DNA of 64,000 nt from Paramecium tetraurelia (GCA_000165425.1 CT868658.1:124001-188000), one strand, 5' to 3'; positions 1-15,251 are shown, numbered from the stretch's first letter. The notes: generated by a model not told the origin, from the letters alone. Numbers and translations: made by a program.

Positions 1-1838
1 CACATAATTATAAATAGATTTAGATAATTTATAGACTCAAATTGATAATAAGTAGGATTCAAAATAAAAAGAAATTACTGTTGTTAGTATTGATTAAAAG
101 AATACGGATTAATAGATGACACTTGCTCCTTAATTTACATCTTCTACAATGAAAACTCAATAAAAACAGGAGACCTAACATAAGACTTAAGAGAATCTTC
201 CAGAAATAAAATAAAACAATTCATAATAAAAAAAGTAAATCAATTAAGATTAAATAAAGCAAACTTAGAAATAATAATAGTAGTAATAATAGTAATAATA
301 ATAATAATAGCAAACGATGAAATAAACCAATAATGGTTTTAATAAAGTTAAATCTGTTGATGTTAAAGATTAAAAAAAATAGGTTAAGATAATTAAAAAC
401 TCTTAACTCATTCCTCGAAAATCTTCTTAAGATTCTGTCCAAAATATTAATAATAGTTAAGATAATGATACTAATGCAAACTCCAATGAAGACTTCTTAA
501 GTAGAGCTTTAGAAGAATTAACTAAAGATGGACGCTAACTTAAAATAACGCAAAACTCAAATCAAAGGCTTAGTATCGTATAATAACGAAGACAAACTCA
601 ATAATAAAATTATATTCTCATTTAATAAGAGAAATAATGTAAATATTTTGATAAAATTGATAGAGCAAATATTATAGAGATTGTTAAAAGATAAAAAAGA
701 AAACATTTATGTAGACGTTGCTTTAGCTTTCATCAATCAATTACATTAAGACTTCTAAATGAATCCGAATTAAGTAGAAAATACCCTAACTATTTAAAAT
801 TCTTTAAAATAAATATCATTATTTTATAAAGAGAAATTGGATTCTAAATATCCTCTCTATGCCATCTGCTATGAGTATTACATGAATTAGTATGGACTAA
901 AAAATGTAGCTGAATAAAAAATGACTTAATTTTGTTAAAGTCTAATTGTGTATCAATAGAATTACAGAATCAAATTATTTGCTCGATTTTTACACTTATT
1001 TGATAATATTTCTAATGAAGATTTTGAATTTTACATATAATCTTTGAGTTAATTGGATGAATATTAGAATGCTCAGAATTTGATATAGTGTACTCCTTCG
1101 CATGATTGTGTTATGGTACTATTTCAAAAGGTTAAATAATAACTATAGAGTTTTAACAACACTGGCAAAGAGTTAATAGACAAATTTGCCATTTATTGCA
1201 AAAACATAAAAGGAGAAAGTTATTTAGATTTAGATTAATACTATTTGGAATCATTAGAACAATTTCAATTCGTAAGGAAAGTCTAAAATGATAATTTTCA
1301 TCAATTATTTTTAGCTATAGACGTTGACGATAATCAAAAAATAAGTGAAGATGAATTTAAGATTCTCTATACTTTAATAGAGGATAATAAAAACATGCTC
1401 AAATACATAAAATTATTTTAAATATAGTGTTAAAATGATAATGGACTTAACTTTTATTAGTTTGGATTGTTTTGTATGCATAACAATTTATTTACTAAAT
1501 AAAAGTAAGATAAATTCTTCCTCTCTCACTAAGCAGAACAATAATTCCTGTAATTAAAGATAACTTGGGGACATTAAAGAAAAATAATAAGTTAACGATT
1601 GAGAGATTCCAATAATTTCACCTAATACTATCAAGATTTGATTAGAAAATTAGATGAAGTATAAAAACATAACATATAATAGGGACTTAAAAGTAACTAA
1701 AATTATGCTTGGAATCTATGGAGAATTTTAGAAGAACAATCAAAAAAACTTTTATTAAATAATTAATTAATTATTTTAATCGGATCAGACTTATGCTATA
1801 TTTGTGATAAATATGAATAATTATTCTCAAATAATTGA
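1..1838 (+). CDS. 5'-truncated Gln-rich/coiled-coil protein with C-terminal EF-hand region
   Basis: Frame 2 is open from the window edge in code 6. Poly-Q at ~270-312, 25-nt intron 639-663, YYMNQYGLKNVAEQK...RIKLFARFL, EF-hand-like FLAIDVDDNQKISEDEF, TGA 1836-1838. Confidence 0.75.
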
Positions 1839-4629
1839 TATAACTTAAATTATATCATCTACTATTGATATTACATAATTATTTAGAGTATTTAGATAAT
1901 TAAAATTAAGCTACTACTTAGAATCTTTAATTTCTAAGGGATGAATAATCTAGTCTTCTCCATTAAAATTCTAAAATATGATCTGCTTTGGTTATGGAAT
2001 GACCAACAAAATAGGATTTACTAGGATTTATACAGATAACTTAAAATAGATTTTAAAAAGATTACTTTAGATCTTTACTCTTAGATTAAATTGCATTCTA
2101 TTCCACTTTCTCTTCCCTGCGAGGTTTATAATTATTTTAAATTTATTAAAACCACTCTTTAAGTATTCTACTCTACTTTTGTGTTTTTTGCGCTAACCAC
2201 ATCATTAGCCTCAATAACAGCAAAAACACCTTCTTTGTATAGATATTTCAAATCATTAATTCCTCTTATTTTAAGTGATTCACATTCCAATGTCAATAAA
2301 ACTGTACATTAATTCATTCTATCCATAAATACAAACAAAATTCTATCGCTTTGGAGAATCTACTTTCCTTAGCTATTTCTTCTGATGATTTGTATTGCTA
2401 ATATATTATTAATTCTTGCATGGTATTACTCTTTTTGGATGTTGATAGGATTTTCACTATAGATGACCTGACTTAGATATTCGTCTTCTGACTTACAAAA
2501 TATCTTATATTTTGGCTTCTCCTATAAATTCTTCATCAAAAAGAATCTAATTGATCTATATTTTCTGATTTATCCAAATATTGTTTTATATGGTTAACCA
2601 CCTATACAGAATAGTCCTCTATCGGGCATAAATGTGATTGCTGTTGGTATCTATAATCTAGAATTGAATGATTGTTCCAAAGTCATAGTTGTCAAATTAA
2701 ATATCCTGAAAATCTAATCTTCTGAACCAGTAACAAATCTATAAGCAGTCTCGTATGGAGTGAATAATTCTTAACTCTAAATTAATCATTTCCAGAATTA
2801 CTTTGCCTTCATTCTTAGGATCCTTCAACTCAAACTCATAATTCTCATCAGCAGATGGATCTACATACCTCCATTCTTTTATGAGTAAAATCTTTCTCTC
2901 CTTTTTATTCTCAAGCTCCTTTATCGTTCCAACAAGACCTCTAATGGATAGTTGCCAGACCTTTTGTTATTTTAATTAGTGTTACTTTTATATCATTCTT
3001 TTCACCGACTGTTATTAAATATTTGCCATCTCTGAAGAGTAAAACATCAGTGATTTGCTGATAGGTCTTTAGCTAAGCTAATTCATTGATTTTGTAGCAT
3101 GCTTATTAATTCTAACTTACTTTTATAAGATTATCAATACATATTATCTATTCCCTTGAATTCTACAGGAGGAGCAGTCATTTATTGTTATTAAATTTTG
3201 GCCTTTTGATCCCATGACAAATCAGCAGTTTCATTTAATCTCTACTAATTCTTTTAATCAATTATCTACAGACTTCTCCTCCCATCTATAGACAATGCCT
3301 TTTATTCAGTCTTTTATCCATTATTTGTACTTTAATCATTAAGTAATCTTTTATTTATTCTATTTGATTCAGGTACACTTGCCTCTTGATTGTAAAACTT
3401 TTATTAAACCTTTGCTTATTAAGGTTGTTGTTTTGATGATTATTATTATTATTACTATTATTGCTATTATTATTACTACTATTATTATTGTTATTACTAC
3501 TATTGTTATTGTTATTATTACTATTGTGATTGTTATTATTATTGCTATTATTATTGTTATTATTATTGCTATTATTATTACAATTACTTATCCTCTTATA
3601 TAGTTTTTGTATCATTTTATCTTACTACTTATTATTAATCCCTAATTTCATATTATTATTATTACTAGATTTTTTATTGATCGATAAGTTAGGGCTAAAT
3701 AATTGGTTATTCCACCTAAGCTTATTACTCGCTGGTCTCGTCGTGTTTTTGTTTGGACGATGTGAATACAGAAAAAAATTACTTGACCGGAGATAAATCA
3801 ATTAAGGAATGTTGATTGATTTACTCACTTTCGGTTTTGAGTAATTTTATTGGTTCTTATAGTTGTAGAGGTTATTATGAGCTTTTCTTTCTTTGGCTTT
3901 ATGGGCTTAGGGGTTCAATTGGATGTTATGGAAAAGCATTATATAAATAGGTTGGTTTGTATGAGGAAACATAATAAATTTAAGATTGATTTTCAATACA
4001 ATAGATTTCGTTTTCAAAATCTAAATTATTACCTATAAAAATTATGCTATCTTCCATTATTTTATAGGTTTGATATTTGTTATGCAATTCTAGATATTTA
4101 TCAATTAAAATCTTTTTGTATTCATCATTCAAAGATATATTTTTTTATTTTATAAACAAAGCTTAAAATATTTAAACACTTTCCATAAATTTTTTTGACT
4201 TCTCCGTCTTGAGTATTTGATATTTGTCACTGTTGGTATTATAGTCAACATTAATTTCACTTCTCCCCAAAAAATTAAAAGGTAATTTTTGCCAATCCAT
4301 ATCATTTTTACCCAACTCTTCAACATCGTCAACATCATAATAAAAAATAGTTAACTTTCTGTTCATAATAAGTGAGTAAAAGTTCATTTTAAAATCTAAA
4401 TTTAATTTGACAACCACATCTGTAGTTGTACAAGGTTCTATTGAAACTATTATAGGATATGATATATATATTTACAAATATTAGGAATTATAGCAAATAA
4501 AGTAGGATTTGGGGAAACAATTCTAACTTGAATATAATGAAGGGTCAAATTTTAGATGGAGATGGTTTATTCTCTACTTTAATAATCGAATTTTATCGTA
4601 TTTGGAACAATTTCAAGAATTTCTTCCAT
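1827..4629 (-). CDS. MSP-like domain + poly-Q linker + WD40-repeat protein
   Basis: MEEILEIVPNTIKF...IQNLTLHYIQVRIVSPNPTLFAIIPNIFSIEP resembles an MSP fold. Poly-Q at ~3420-3600. WD40-like DGKYLITVGEKNDIKVW and RFVTGSEDQIFRIFN. Several 25-30 nt introns. Confidence 0.7.
3420..3600 (-). repeat. coding TAA/TAG/CAA trinucleotide tract (poly-Gln)
   Basis: Imperfect (TTA/TTG/CTA)n on the + strand; poly-Q in the frame of the MSP-WD40 gene. Confidence 0.85.
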
Positions 4630-4672
4630 TAATAATAATATTATAAATAAAATTTACAAATATGAGCGATAT

Positions 4673-5413
4673 TCAGTTCTTTATCATTGAAGAAGTCAAT
4701 CTTGAATGATAAGAATCATTTAGTTAATCTAGTATATCTTATTCTTTCTCCCACAATAATTGTATTTTCATGAAGTCCTAAGCCTTTTACTTATAGCTAT
4801 TGAGGACTGCTTTCTTGTGTTAAGATTTGAATTGATCTTATTTTTACTATTTGTACATAGCTAAGTTTAATTGTTGTTACTATTCATATTGTTGAACCCT
4901 TTGTTTCTTCTCTAGATTGTAAGACTTTGATCTTTCCTTCTGGAGGATGATAACTTTATCGTGATTTAAGGATTGCTTCTTCATTATCTCAAATTATTCC
5001 TTCTTCTATTGCTGCACACTTTAACGAATTTAAACTTTAAGATTTAATTGTTATTGTTTTAAAAGCTTCGTTTTTTCCCTAAAAAGTTCAAGTGATTATT
5101 CTCTAGATTCTTTATGTTTACTTTACTAAATAGATAACTTATAAAATACCTACTTCAAGTATTCACTATATTCATTTCTAATACTATTTACTTATTCATT
5201 CTTCAATTCTGTTTATATCTGTTTCCCTTATCTAGATACTCAGAAAAGTTACAGTCTTTATCGAAACACTTCCAACATTTTAACTCTATTAACCATCACA
5301 CCCAACTGTCTTTTCATTTCCATTTATTCTTTCTTAGAAATTCTTTGGCTTACTTTTTCAATTGTTTCTTGGTTACTAAAGGATTCATAGTTCTGACTTA
5401 GACTGCACGACAT
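4673..5413 (-). CDS. hypothetical coiled-coil protein
   Basis: MSCSLSQNYE...; K/Q/E-rich heptad-like sequence, probable 21- and 24-nt introns, TGA 4673-4675. Confidence 0.65.
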
Positions 5414-5863
5414 AATGAGTTTATTTATAAATTAATAAAATATAATATGAAATACAATCAATCCAAAAATATAACAAAAAAGGTGGAGTAAGAAAATCCT
5501 TATATAATTGACTTTATAATAGTAAAAACGATCTTTTGACTATTGATATCTTGTATTAATTTTATTTGTTGTGACTTAAAATTGATTACATAGAATGTGT
5601 TTAAGTTATACTATTATAAAATAATATAACAGAATATCTTATCCATGTTCTTAACTTATTTAGCAGATTAATTAAAATTATTTATGATAGGACAGTTGAT
5701 AAATGATTTTCAGAAGAAAACAATTAGAAATATTAATATCTTACAAGGTTTTGGTAACAATTAAATTTGATTACTATTAGATTAATCTTTTTTATAATTT
5801 ATTAAGTAATAAAAATCAATATAATATTTTGGATTATGAGAAAATATTGTAATAAATATAAAC

Positions 5864-7801
<1,938 letters not shown>

Positions 7802-7849
7802 TATGGTTATCAAATAAAAAAATATAATATTTATTATAAGCAAATCAAG

Positions 7850-8278
7850 ATGATAAATAATAAATTTGATGATGATCTGGACGACTTAATAAATGACATC
7901 AATTCAGTTATGGACAACCCACAAAGCAAGCCCATTTCATAATAAAACTATTAGCCATAACCATAACCAAATCAAGGTTAATAATAAAAAAGAAAATGTT
8001 TATCACCGCAAATTGGAAACCAAGCATAATATCGTATATGCACAAATCTCAGATGTCTTAAATGTGATCTCCAAGTTCAATGCCATATTAACTAAAAATG
8101 GAACAAAGATGCAGATTATTTGATATTCAGAAACTATTTTAATAATATGTCGATCCTATGCAAGTATTTAACATAGGACAACCAATGTAATGCATACAAC
8201 TGTCAATGCACTAGTGCAAATGCCCTTGAATCAATAGCTGCTCCGTAGAATTGGGTATGCTCAGGACATGCCATCTGA
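7850..8278 (+). CDS. CFAP418: CFAP418/C8orf37-like ciliary protein (142 aa)
   Basis: DDDLDDLINDI N-terminus; CTNLRCLKCD...WNKDADYLIFRN...AYNCQC...WVCSGH matches the C8orf37 family pattern. Confidence 0.85.
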
Positions 8279-8392
8279 ACCCATGTTTTTAATTATTATT
8301 GTTATAATTCTAACTATATTATGTATTTCTAATTTAAATTTTCTCGCACTAAGCCATTTTAAATCGAAAAATATTAAAATAACAATTTCATA

Positions 8393-9115
8393 TCACTTCA
8401 TAATCATTCCCACTATATTCATTCCCCCTTTGGCCATTTCTCTTTTCAATTGTTATAATTTCTTCTTGTGCTCTCCTCTGCATTTGTAAAACCCTTATAA
8501 ATTAGTTAAAGACAAAACAAAACATATGATTGGCAATGGTAACTAGAATCTATTTACAATCATACCCAGAATATTTTGAATCCAAAGAAGTCTCCAAGAC
8601 ACATTATGCACCAAAAGAGTGTACCATATATGAGACAGGCCCAAAAGAAGTACTTATCCACTTTATTTGATTATTCTTATGATTGAGTCTAGAACATCCA
8701 TTTCTATTCTCCCTTGATATCCATCTCAATCCACCAACGTAACCCAATCAATTTTAAGCCCAAGTAGTTCTTTAGTGCCAGAAATTAAGCCAACTAAAGT
8801 ATGATAACTAAGGGATAAGCATGTATAACATCCTGTAACAAAATAAAAGTTAATCCTGGAATAGAAGTTAATAATAAAGCAGCAACACAATAATAGGGGT
8901 GGGCAGCTTATGTGATATCATACTCTTATATTAGTAAGTCTTTCTAATCAAATATTTAATATCTATACATTAGCTGCTTCCACCTCTTCTTCCTATTGGG
9001 TATTTTGATAGACAGCATCATATTTGTCGACTGTCAGATCAACATCAGGCTCTACATGCTCGGTTATACTCTTGGGTTATATATTTATTTTAAAATCTAA
9101 GGAGTTAGATTCCAT
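8393..9115 (-). CDS. TVP23: Golgi membrane protein TVP23/FAM18 family
   Basis: AHP...KNYLGLKLIGLRWW...KWMFQ...DKYFFW...NLQGFYKC; hydrophobic helices; two introns. Confidence 0.85.
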
Positions 9116-9319
9116 TAAAATAATAATTTATTTTATATTATTTAGTTTATTTCAAAAGAAGGTACTAAACAAATTGAAGAAAAAGATTAAGATTTTAACA
9201 CTTATTGTAGGATGTCAATTTAATACAACTTATGTGATTATATATATCGAATAAGAATCTAAAGATTGCATTTAAATAATAATAAACTGTAAGTATTAAG
9301 ACATTCAATAATTTATTTA

Positions 9320-10735
9320 TCAAGTAATTTCATTAAAAAATACTTCTTTTGTAATTTGTTTCTTTCCATTAAATTGATTAAACCTGGCAATTATCAACTC
9401 TGCATCTTATAAATTGACATTAGTTATTGTGCACTTTTGTAAAATCTATAAAACATCTAATACATCCATATATCCTTTTGCAAAATATTTGTCTAATGAA
9501 TTAATTTAGTCTTATTTTGAGTACTAAATTCTAGATTTTTGAATTTAATTTTCTTAATCTCTTAATAATTAGAAGAGATTATCTGCCACCGTAAGAGCAG
9601 ATGTGGGTAGATCAATGATGTTAACTTTGTCTTTGAATGGCTTTCTCTAATCATAATATGTCAGAACATTAATAAAGTGTTCATAAGATATCCCTTATGA
9701 GTTCACACTAAAGGTTTACCATTCTTTGTGCCAATCAGTTGAATGCAAAGACTTTAAGAGGGCAACTTCATCCAATTGCAATAATACATTCTGTAAGCAT
9801 CTTTATTAATTTAAATAAATGGACATAAGTGTATTGATTTCTTTGCTTTCATTATTAACATATACTTTTTGTTCTGTTAATTAATTCGGAGTTTTGGTTC
9901 TTGTTTGTTTTATCTCAGTATCGCGACAAGGAGTTGGTGTTTTAGCTCTTGGAGTTTAACAACCATCTTTTTATATGAAGGATTGTTATGCTTAAATTGG
10001 TTTATATCTTCTTCTTAATCGATCCATATAATTCGTATTGTTTATTTGTTTATTGAAAACAATACTAGTTTTCATCATGGGAATTTAACTCTTATCCATA
10101 GCCCTTTATTTTTGTGTTTTGAGAGCCTATCTAAAATCATCTAAACTCATTATAGTGCCATCTCCATTGCCTACTCTTTTTAATAATAATTTGATTTCTT
10201 CATCAACGACGTTCTATCTAATACGCACAAAAAACTTTTTCATCTTATTAAAATCCACAGAATTGCTTCCTAAGGATAATTTACTAAAGAGTATATCTAA
10301 ATTGTAATCCCATCTTTTAAAAATTCTTACTCTTTGCTCATCCAACTACCTCTCTAATTAAACCTCTTCATATAGTAATCTTAAGAATGAGATTTCTGCT
10401 TCTTTTTTCTCCATGTTGCCTGGGTATCTCAGATATCTATCCTGAAATTGACTGAATAATAATCTATCTTCAAATCCTCCTAGTCTTCCAATCAGGTCTT
10501 TCAATTCATATATTTACGTGTCTATTCCAAAGGATTGCAAGTAAACTTAAAGCTACTCTATTCTACAAACAGCATTTTTAAAAAATGGAGGTATATATTT
10601 ATGATCTGTGATTTCTTAAATGAATTCTAAACACTTTTCTAATCGTCTCTATCTATATTAATTTATATACCTCATTCCATTTACTACTAATATAAAAAAC
10701 TTGTTCAGTTCCTATTATGTTTCTATAGAAGACAT
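9320..10735 (-). CDS. degenerate EF-hand repeat protein (ciliate type)
   Basis: MSSIETQQELNKFF; helix-loop-helix repeats such as EEIKLLLKRVGNGDGTIMSLDDF; one 22-nt intron near the 5' end; TGA 9320-9322. Confidence 0.65.
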
Positions 10736-10764
10736 ATATAAATTCGTTAAAATAAATATTAAAA

Positions 10765-12308
10765 TCAAAACAATATGCGTTCACCAGATTTTGCCAAATT
10801 CTTAGAATTCCATGTATTAATCATCACTTCTTATTCTTCAAGTGGGATTTCTGCTAATTTGAATTCTTGCATTTACTCTCTTTTCAACATTTTCAACTCT
10901 CTTTGATATTGGCTTTCTCCTATTAAACTTAAAAAATCTTAACAATCAACAAACTTTTTTTTTGGTTTCTCCTTCAATTTCTAATGGTACATTGTTTCTA
11001 ATTTGGTTGAATATAATTTAGATTTTGGCGAATCCTGAAAATTAGAATAATTCGACACTGACTTCTCTTGTGATTTTAATTTTTACTCTGATATAACAGT
11101 TTCAACTTATTTAAAAGGATTTTCGATCAATTTTGCATTGAAATTAGATTAAATGTCAGATAATACAAATTGTTGCTATTGATACAATCGTTCTGCTTCC
11201 GTGTCTGTCACAAACCTATTAGTGAGTCTATTTTCAAATTTCCGCTCACTCTATTATTGATTCTTTTATGTTAATAAAGTAAAGGGAGGTCTTGAATCTT
11301 TGTGATCATACCATCTTAATCTCAAATACCAGTAGCGACTATTGTTTTTCTCATCATCCCCTTTACATAATTCTAAAGCTTATACCAATTGATTTTTCCC
11401 CCTAAATTAATCTGATCTAGCCATAATGGTTTCCTCAGGTTGACGAAAGCAATTGGAAGCCACTTAAATATTAACATTTTCCCATTAGGCCTTTACGTTT
11501 TCATGTTTTTTTATAGCCCTCTCTTCCCTTGTGATTGCATTTCTCGTGTTTTGAGGTAGTTTTCTCTCCTATTCCTCTATCTCTTTCTATGCTTCTTAGA
11601 TTCTCTTCTCAGTCTCTCTCATAATTTAAACTAAATCTCTCTTGTTCAAAAATTTTTAATCTCCTCTATTCTTTTTTGGCGTCTTCCTTTACTATATCAT
11701 TTTCTCACTGAACTAGCTTGTCTTCAAAGGTTATTACTCCTCTATTGTAGAGTCATCAGTTGCCCCTTAATTGGTATATTAGGTTTTCTTCTTTTTTTTT
11801 TCATCTAATTTTAGCTTTTCTTAATGGATTTTCAAAAATTGTTAATATCCTACCACCGAGTACTTGATCAATTTGTCTTATTTTTCATTTTCAAATCTGG
11901 GACCACCTGTATAATCAATGAACTTTTTTCTTTCCTCATTATCTGCCTCTAAGAATATACTTGAATTATACCTTAAAATATATTCTAAGTAGACGATTTC
12001 TAAGTCAAAGGTTCTAATGTAGTTATTTATCCAGGCTTCATAACTCTTTTCTTATTTTTATCCTATCTTAATTATTCTTGATTATCCAAAAATCTTCCTG
12101 TGTTTAATCCAATCCCATACATTTACTTTTATAAACTCTAACTTTGGAGTGTCTGAAAACCAGAATGTTTTTACGGAATTGGTTCTTGAGCAGGGTCTAT
12201 CGCCATTTCAGTTTTGCTCAATCCTTTTGATTAAAAAATGATAGGCTATGAAATAAACAATGTTTTCATCAATCTATCAGGTTTTTTGGAGTGAATAGGT
12301 AAACTCAT
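10765..12308 (-). CDS. hypothetical coiled-coil protein
   Basis: Long code-6 ORF with one 23-nt intron; contains YSVVG and YWYLRLRWYD motifs; TGA 10765-10767. Confidence 0.7.
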
Positions 12309-12554
12309 ATAAAATAAAATAAATATCAAATAAAAGTGAATCCAAGTATTAATACTTAATTTTATAAAATTATGAATCCAATTTTCTATTTGAGCACCTG
12401 AGATCTCAATTTAGATGATTAACATCTTATTTCTTTCAAATAATCCTTCAATTCATTATTAGATAATTTATAGCAATATAGTAGAAACAATACAATCAAT
12501 TTAAGTACCTGATATAAATAGAATTTTCACTAAAATAAAGTTAATTAATTAATA

Positions 12555-13270
12555 TCATTCGCAATATTATGTAGGATGCTTTCTAAAGGATAAACGATTA
12601 TCTCCAAATCTCGAATTGGATGTAGAAGGCACCGTAATTGCAGTAGATAAACTGTTATAATTTGTAGTACAGGTTGACCTAGCTCTTGGTAATCTCAAAG
12701 GACATTTTTATTATGGCCTATGTTCAGTTATTGTGATCTCACGGCTGAGGTTCATTAATTTACTGAGTGGTTGTAGCTTCTATTCAACAGGAATCTATTT
12801 GTCTTCAATTTATGATAGGAGTCTGCTTCTCTAACTTAAATAATGAACTTAATCTAAGACTTTGGTGATATCAGTCGGAAAGTAATTTTGGGGGTTTCTT
12901 TCGTTTGATTTATTTATAAGTTTTTTAAGAAATAGTTTTGATTTTTCAGATAAAACACACTATTTGAATTATTCGGTTGTTATAAAACGACCACTTTTTG
13001 AATTTGCTTGCTTTATATAACACGTCAATTCCTGTTCATTGATACTGATTCCGTATTTATTGAGAAGAGTAAGCAATTCGTATTTTTAAATCTACCCTTT
13101 GCCTTAGTGATCAAATTTAGCAAAGAGTTCCGCCAATTCTTGTTTGTATTCCTGTGTAAATGATATTTAAATACTTCTTCCTATGGATCCGTTATGTATT
13201 AACTATTGACGGATTTGCGAAATCTTTAGAGTAGCCATTGTTTGACAGTGTGGGTTCGTAATTTAAACAT
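12555..13270 (-). CDS. EF-hand domain protein
   Basis: ELAELFAKFDHQGKGQIQKYELLTLLNKYG EF-hand; one 23-nt intron; TGA 12555-12557. Confidence 0.75.
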
Positions 13271-13280
13271 TAATTAATTT

Positions 13281-14421
13281 ATGAGTCCAAAAATTGCAAT
13301 TATCTTAGGACTTCTAATAAGACTAGGATTGATTGCTTATGCTGAGATCCAGGATAAATATTTCAATCTAAAATACACAGACATAGATTATTCAGCATCG
13401 AGAGCATCATATGTAGCTGTACTCTGATGGAGCATAATATCTGGTTGATGGTGGTTCACCATATGATAGACACACCTAAAGATATTCACCTATTCTGGCA
13501 TACATTTAATACCAAAAATGTGTGGATTTCATCATTTGAAAAGATTCTGTTCAGTTTTGTAGATATGTTAGCATGTGTTTTTATGTAAAAATTGGTCAAA
13601 TCTACTTTTTTATTGAACTTATGGATTTTCAACCCTTTGACAATCTAAGTCTCGACTAGAGGGTCATCCGATACCATAATAGTGCTTTTAATTTATGTCA
13701 TACTGTATTTACTTAAGAAAGAGAGTTATGTTTTGGCTGCACTTATATACGGGTTTACTTCTTTATAGATTCTCATTAGCCAGAAAGAATGTAAGATAAA
13801 TGATATATTAATATATTTGGGTTTAATTAGTAAGAATAAAGTGAAATTTGCCTGATTTCAGGCGGATTGTTCATAGCCTTATTGATATTTTTCCACTTAA
13901 TCTATGAGGAATTCCTCTACCAAACATATCTCTATCATTTTACAAGGATTGACAATAGACATAATTTTTCTACTTACTTTTATCAGATATATTTAAGCTT
14001 TGAATCCATCACTAGGACTCAAACAACATTGACTTACCTGCCCAAATTTTTGATAGTAATCTTAGCAGGTTTGAAATACTATAGAGACTTACCGTTTGCC
14101 ATGTTGATTCAAACTCTTGGGTTTGTTGTGTTTAATAAGGTGTAGACAGCCCAATATTTTGTGTGCTGGATTGCATTGATTCCATTGGCACTCCAGAATA
14201 CCAAGATGAATAATAAGGAGATATTGATGTTGTCAGTTATTTGGTTGATTTTGGAAGTGCAATCGAATTTTGGATCTTATTATCTTGAGATACAGGGGAA
14301 GGATGTATTTACAATGATCTTTGTTTAATGTGTTATATTCTTCTTGTCGAATACTTATTTGATGATAAAAATGATTGAAAATCGCAAGCCAAGTGAGATT
14401 TATAAGATTAAAATGGATTGA
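13281..14421 (+). pseudogene. PIGM: GPI mannosyltransferase I (PIG-M) probable pseudogene
   Basis: KYTDIDY, SPYDRHT, WIFNP...STRGS, HFTRIDNRHNFS and FNKVQTAQYF motifs, but with a GC-donor intron, frameshifts giving TGA at 13537 and 13853, and loss of the HF(R/K)IYP segment. Confidence 0.8.
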
Positions 14422-14468
14422 ATGACTGAAAATACCTTATAATTTATAGATATCTTTATATTATTTAT

Positions 14469-15212
14469 TCAATCTAATATATTGCTGGGAGCTGTGTACT
14501 CCAATATTCTATTAAAGTTCAACAAAAAGTCTCCGTATCCTTCAGGAGCTTACAAGTATTTAATCTACAATAGATATTATAGTAATAAGATATTTTTGAA
14601 TCTAAAATAATGAGTAGGAGTAAGTTTGTCTCTTTTCAATTGGATGATAGAGTTCTGGGCTACTTCTTTGTTGTCGTTGTAGCTCCTAAATCTAACGCCT
14701 GAGTGATCGTGTTCCACTTTGAGATTGTTGGCATAGCAATCAAATAGAGATGAGGATGTCCTTTCAATTATGAAGTAAGCTCCTCTGGAGCATAGTATTT
14801 CGATCAAGTCATTAAAATTGTATTTGATGGCATATTGTAAAAATGTTTATTCTTAGAACTGATGCACAGGTTTGTTGATGTCCTAAAGAATTAGAAGTCA
14901 AATTACTTTTCCCAATTCGTCGCATAATAATTTAAAACTCTCAAGATCGTTGTTTTAAAAGGCATTTGACAGTAAAGTATATTGAGATAATGGATGTTCA
15001 ATCAATAGATCCTTTTTATGTAAATATTTCATTAGATCATGATTACTATATCTGACCGCATACATTCCAAGAGTCCAATAATTTGGAGCCACAAGATTTT
15101 GAATGTAATCTCGATGATTCTCAATGAATTATATTAATTCTTAAGTCTTGTTCTATTCAATTAAATTAAAAATGTGAGTTTTCAAGTTTTTTGGAACAGA
15201 AACAAGACTCAT
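14469..15212 (-). CDS. ankyrin-repeat protein
   Basis: WTLGMYAVRYSNHDLMKYL and TFLQYAIKYNFNDLIEILCSRGA; 24-nt intron containing an in-frame TGA. Confidence 0.75.
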
Positions 15213-15251
15213 TTTGTAATTTATTTAATAATATTAAGTAATAATTTAATT

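Noticed and set aside
221..3796. Poly-Leu, poly-Asn and poly-Ile ORFs in the supplied track (221-442, 3355-3615, 3364-3603, 3530-3796)
   Set aside because: They are wrong-frame or antisense readings of TAA/TAG/CAA poly-Gln tracts in code-6 genes.
5447..5860. Coding-like stretch between two - strand genes
   Set aside because: Early TGA and no consistent intron model.
12410..12515. ATGATTA...CTGA pair in an intergenic gap
   Set aside because: Expected by chance in AT-rich DNA; no terminal stem or guide evident.
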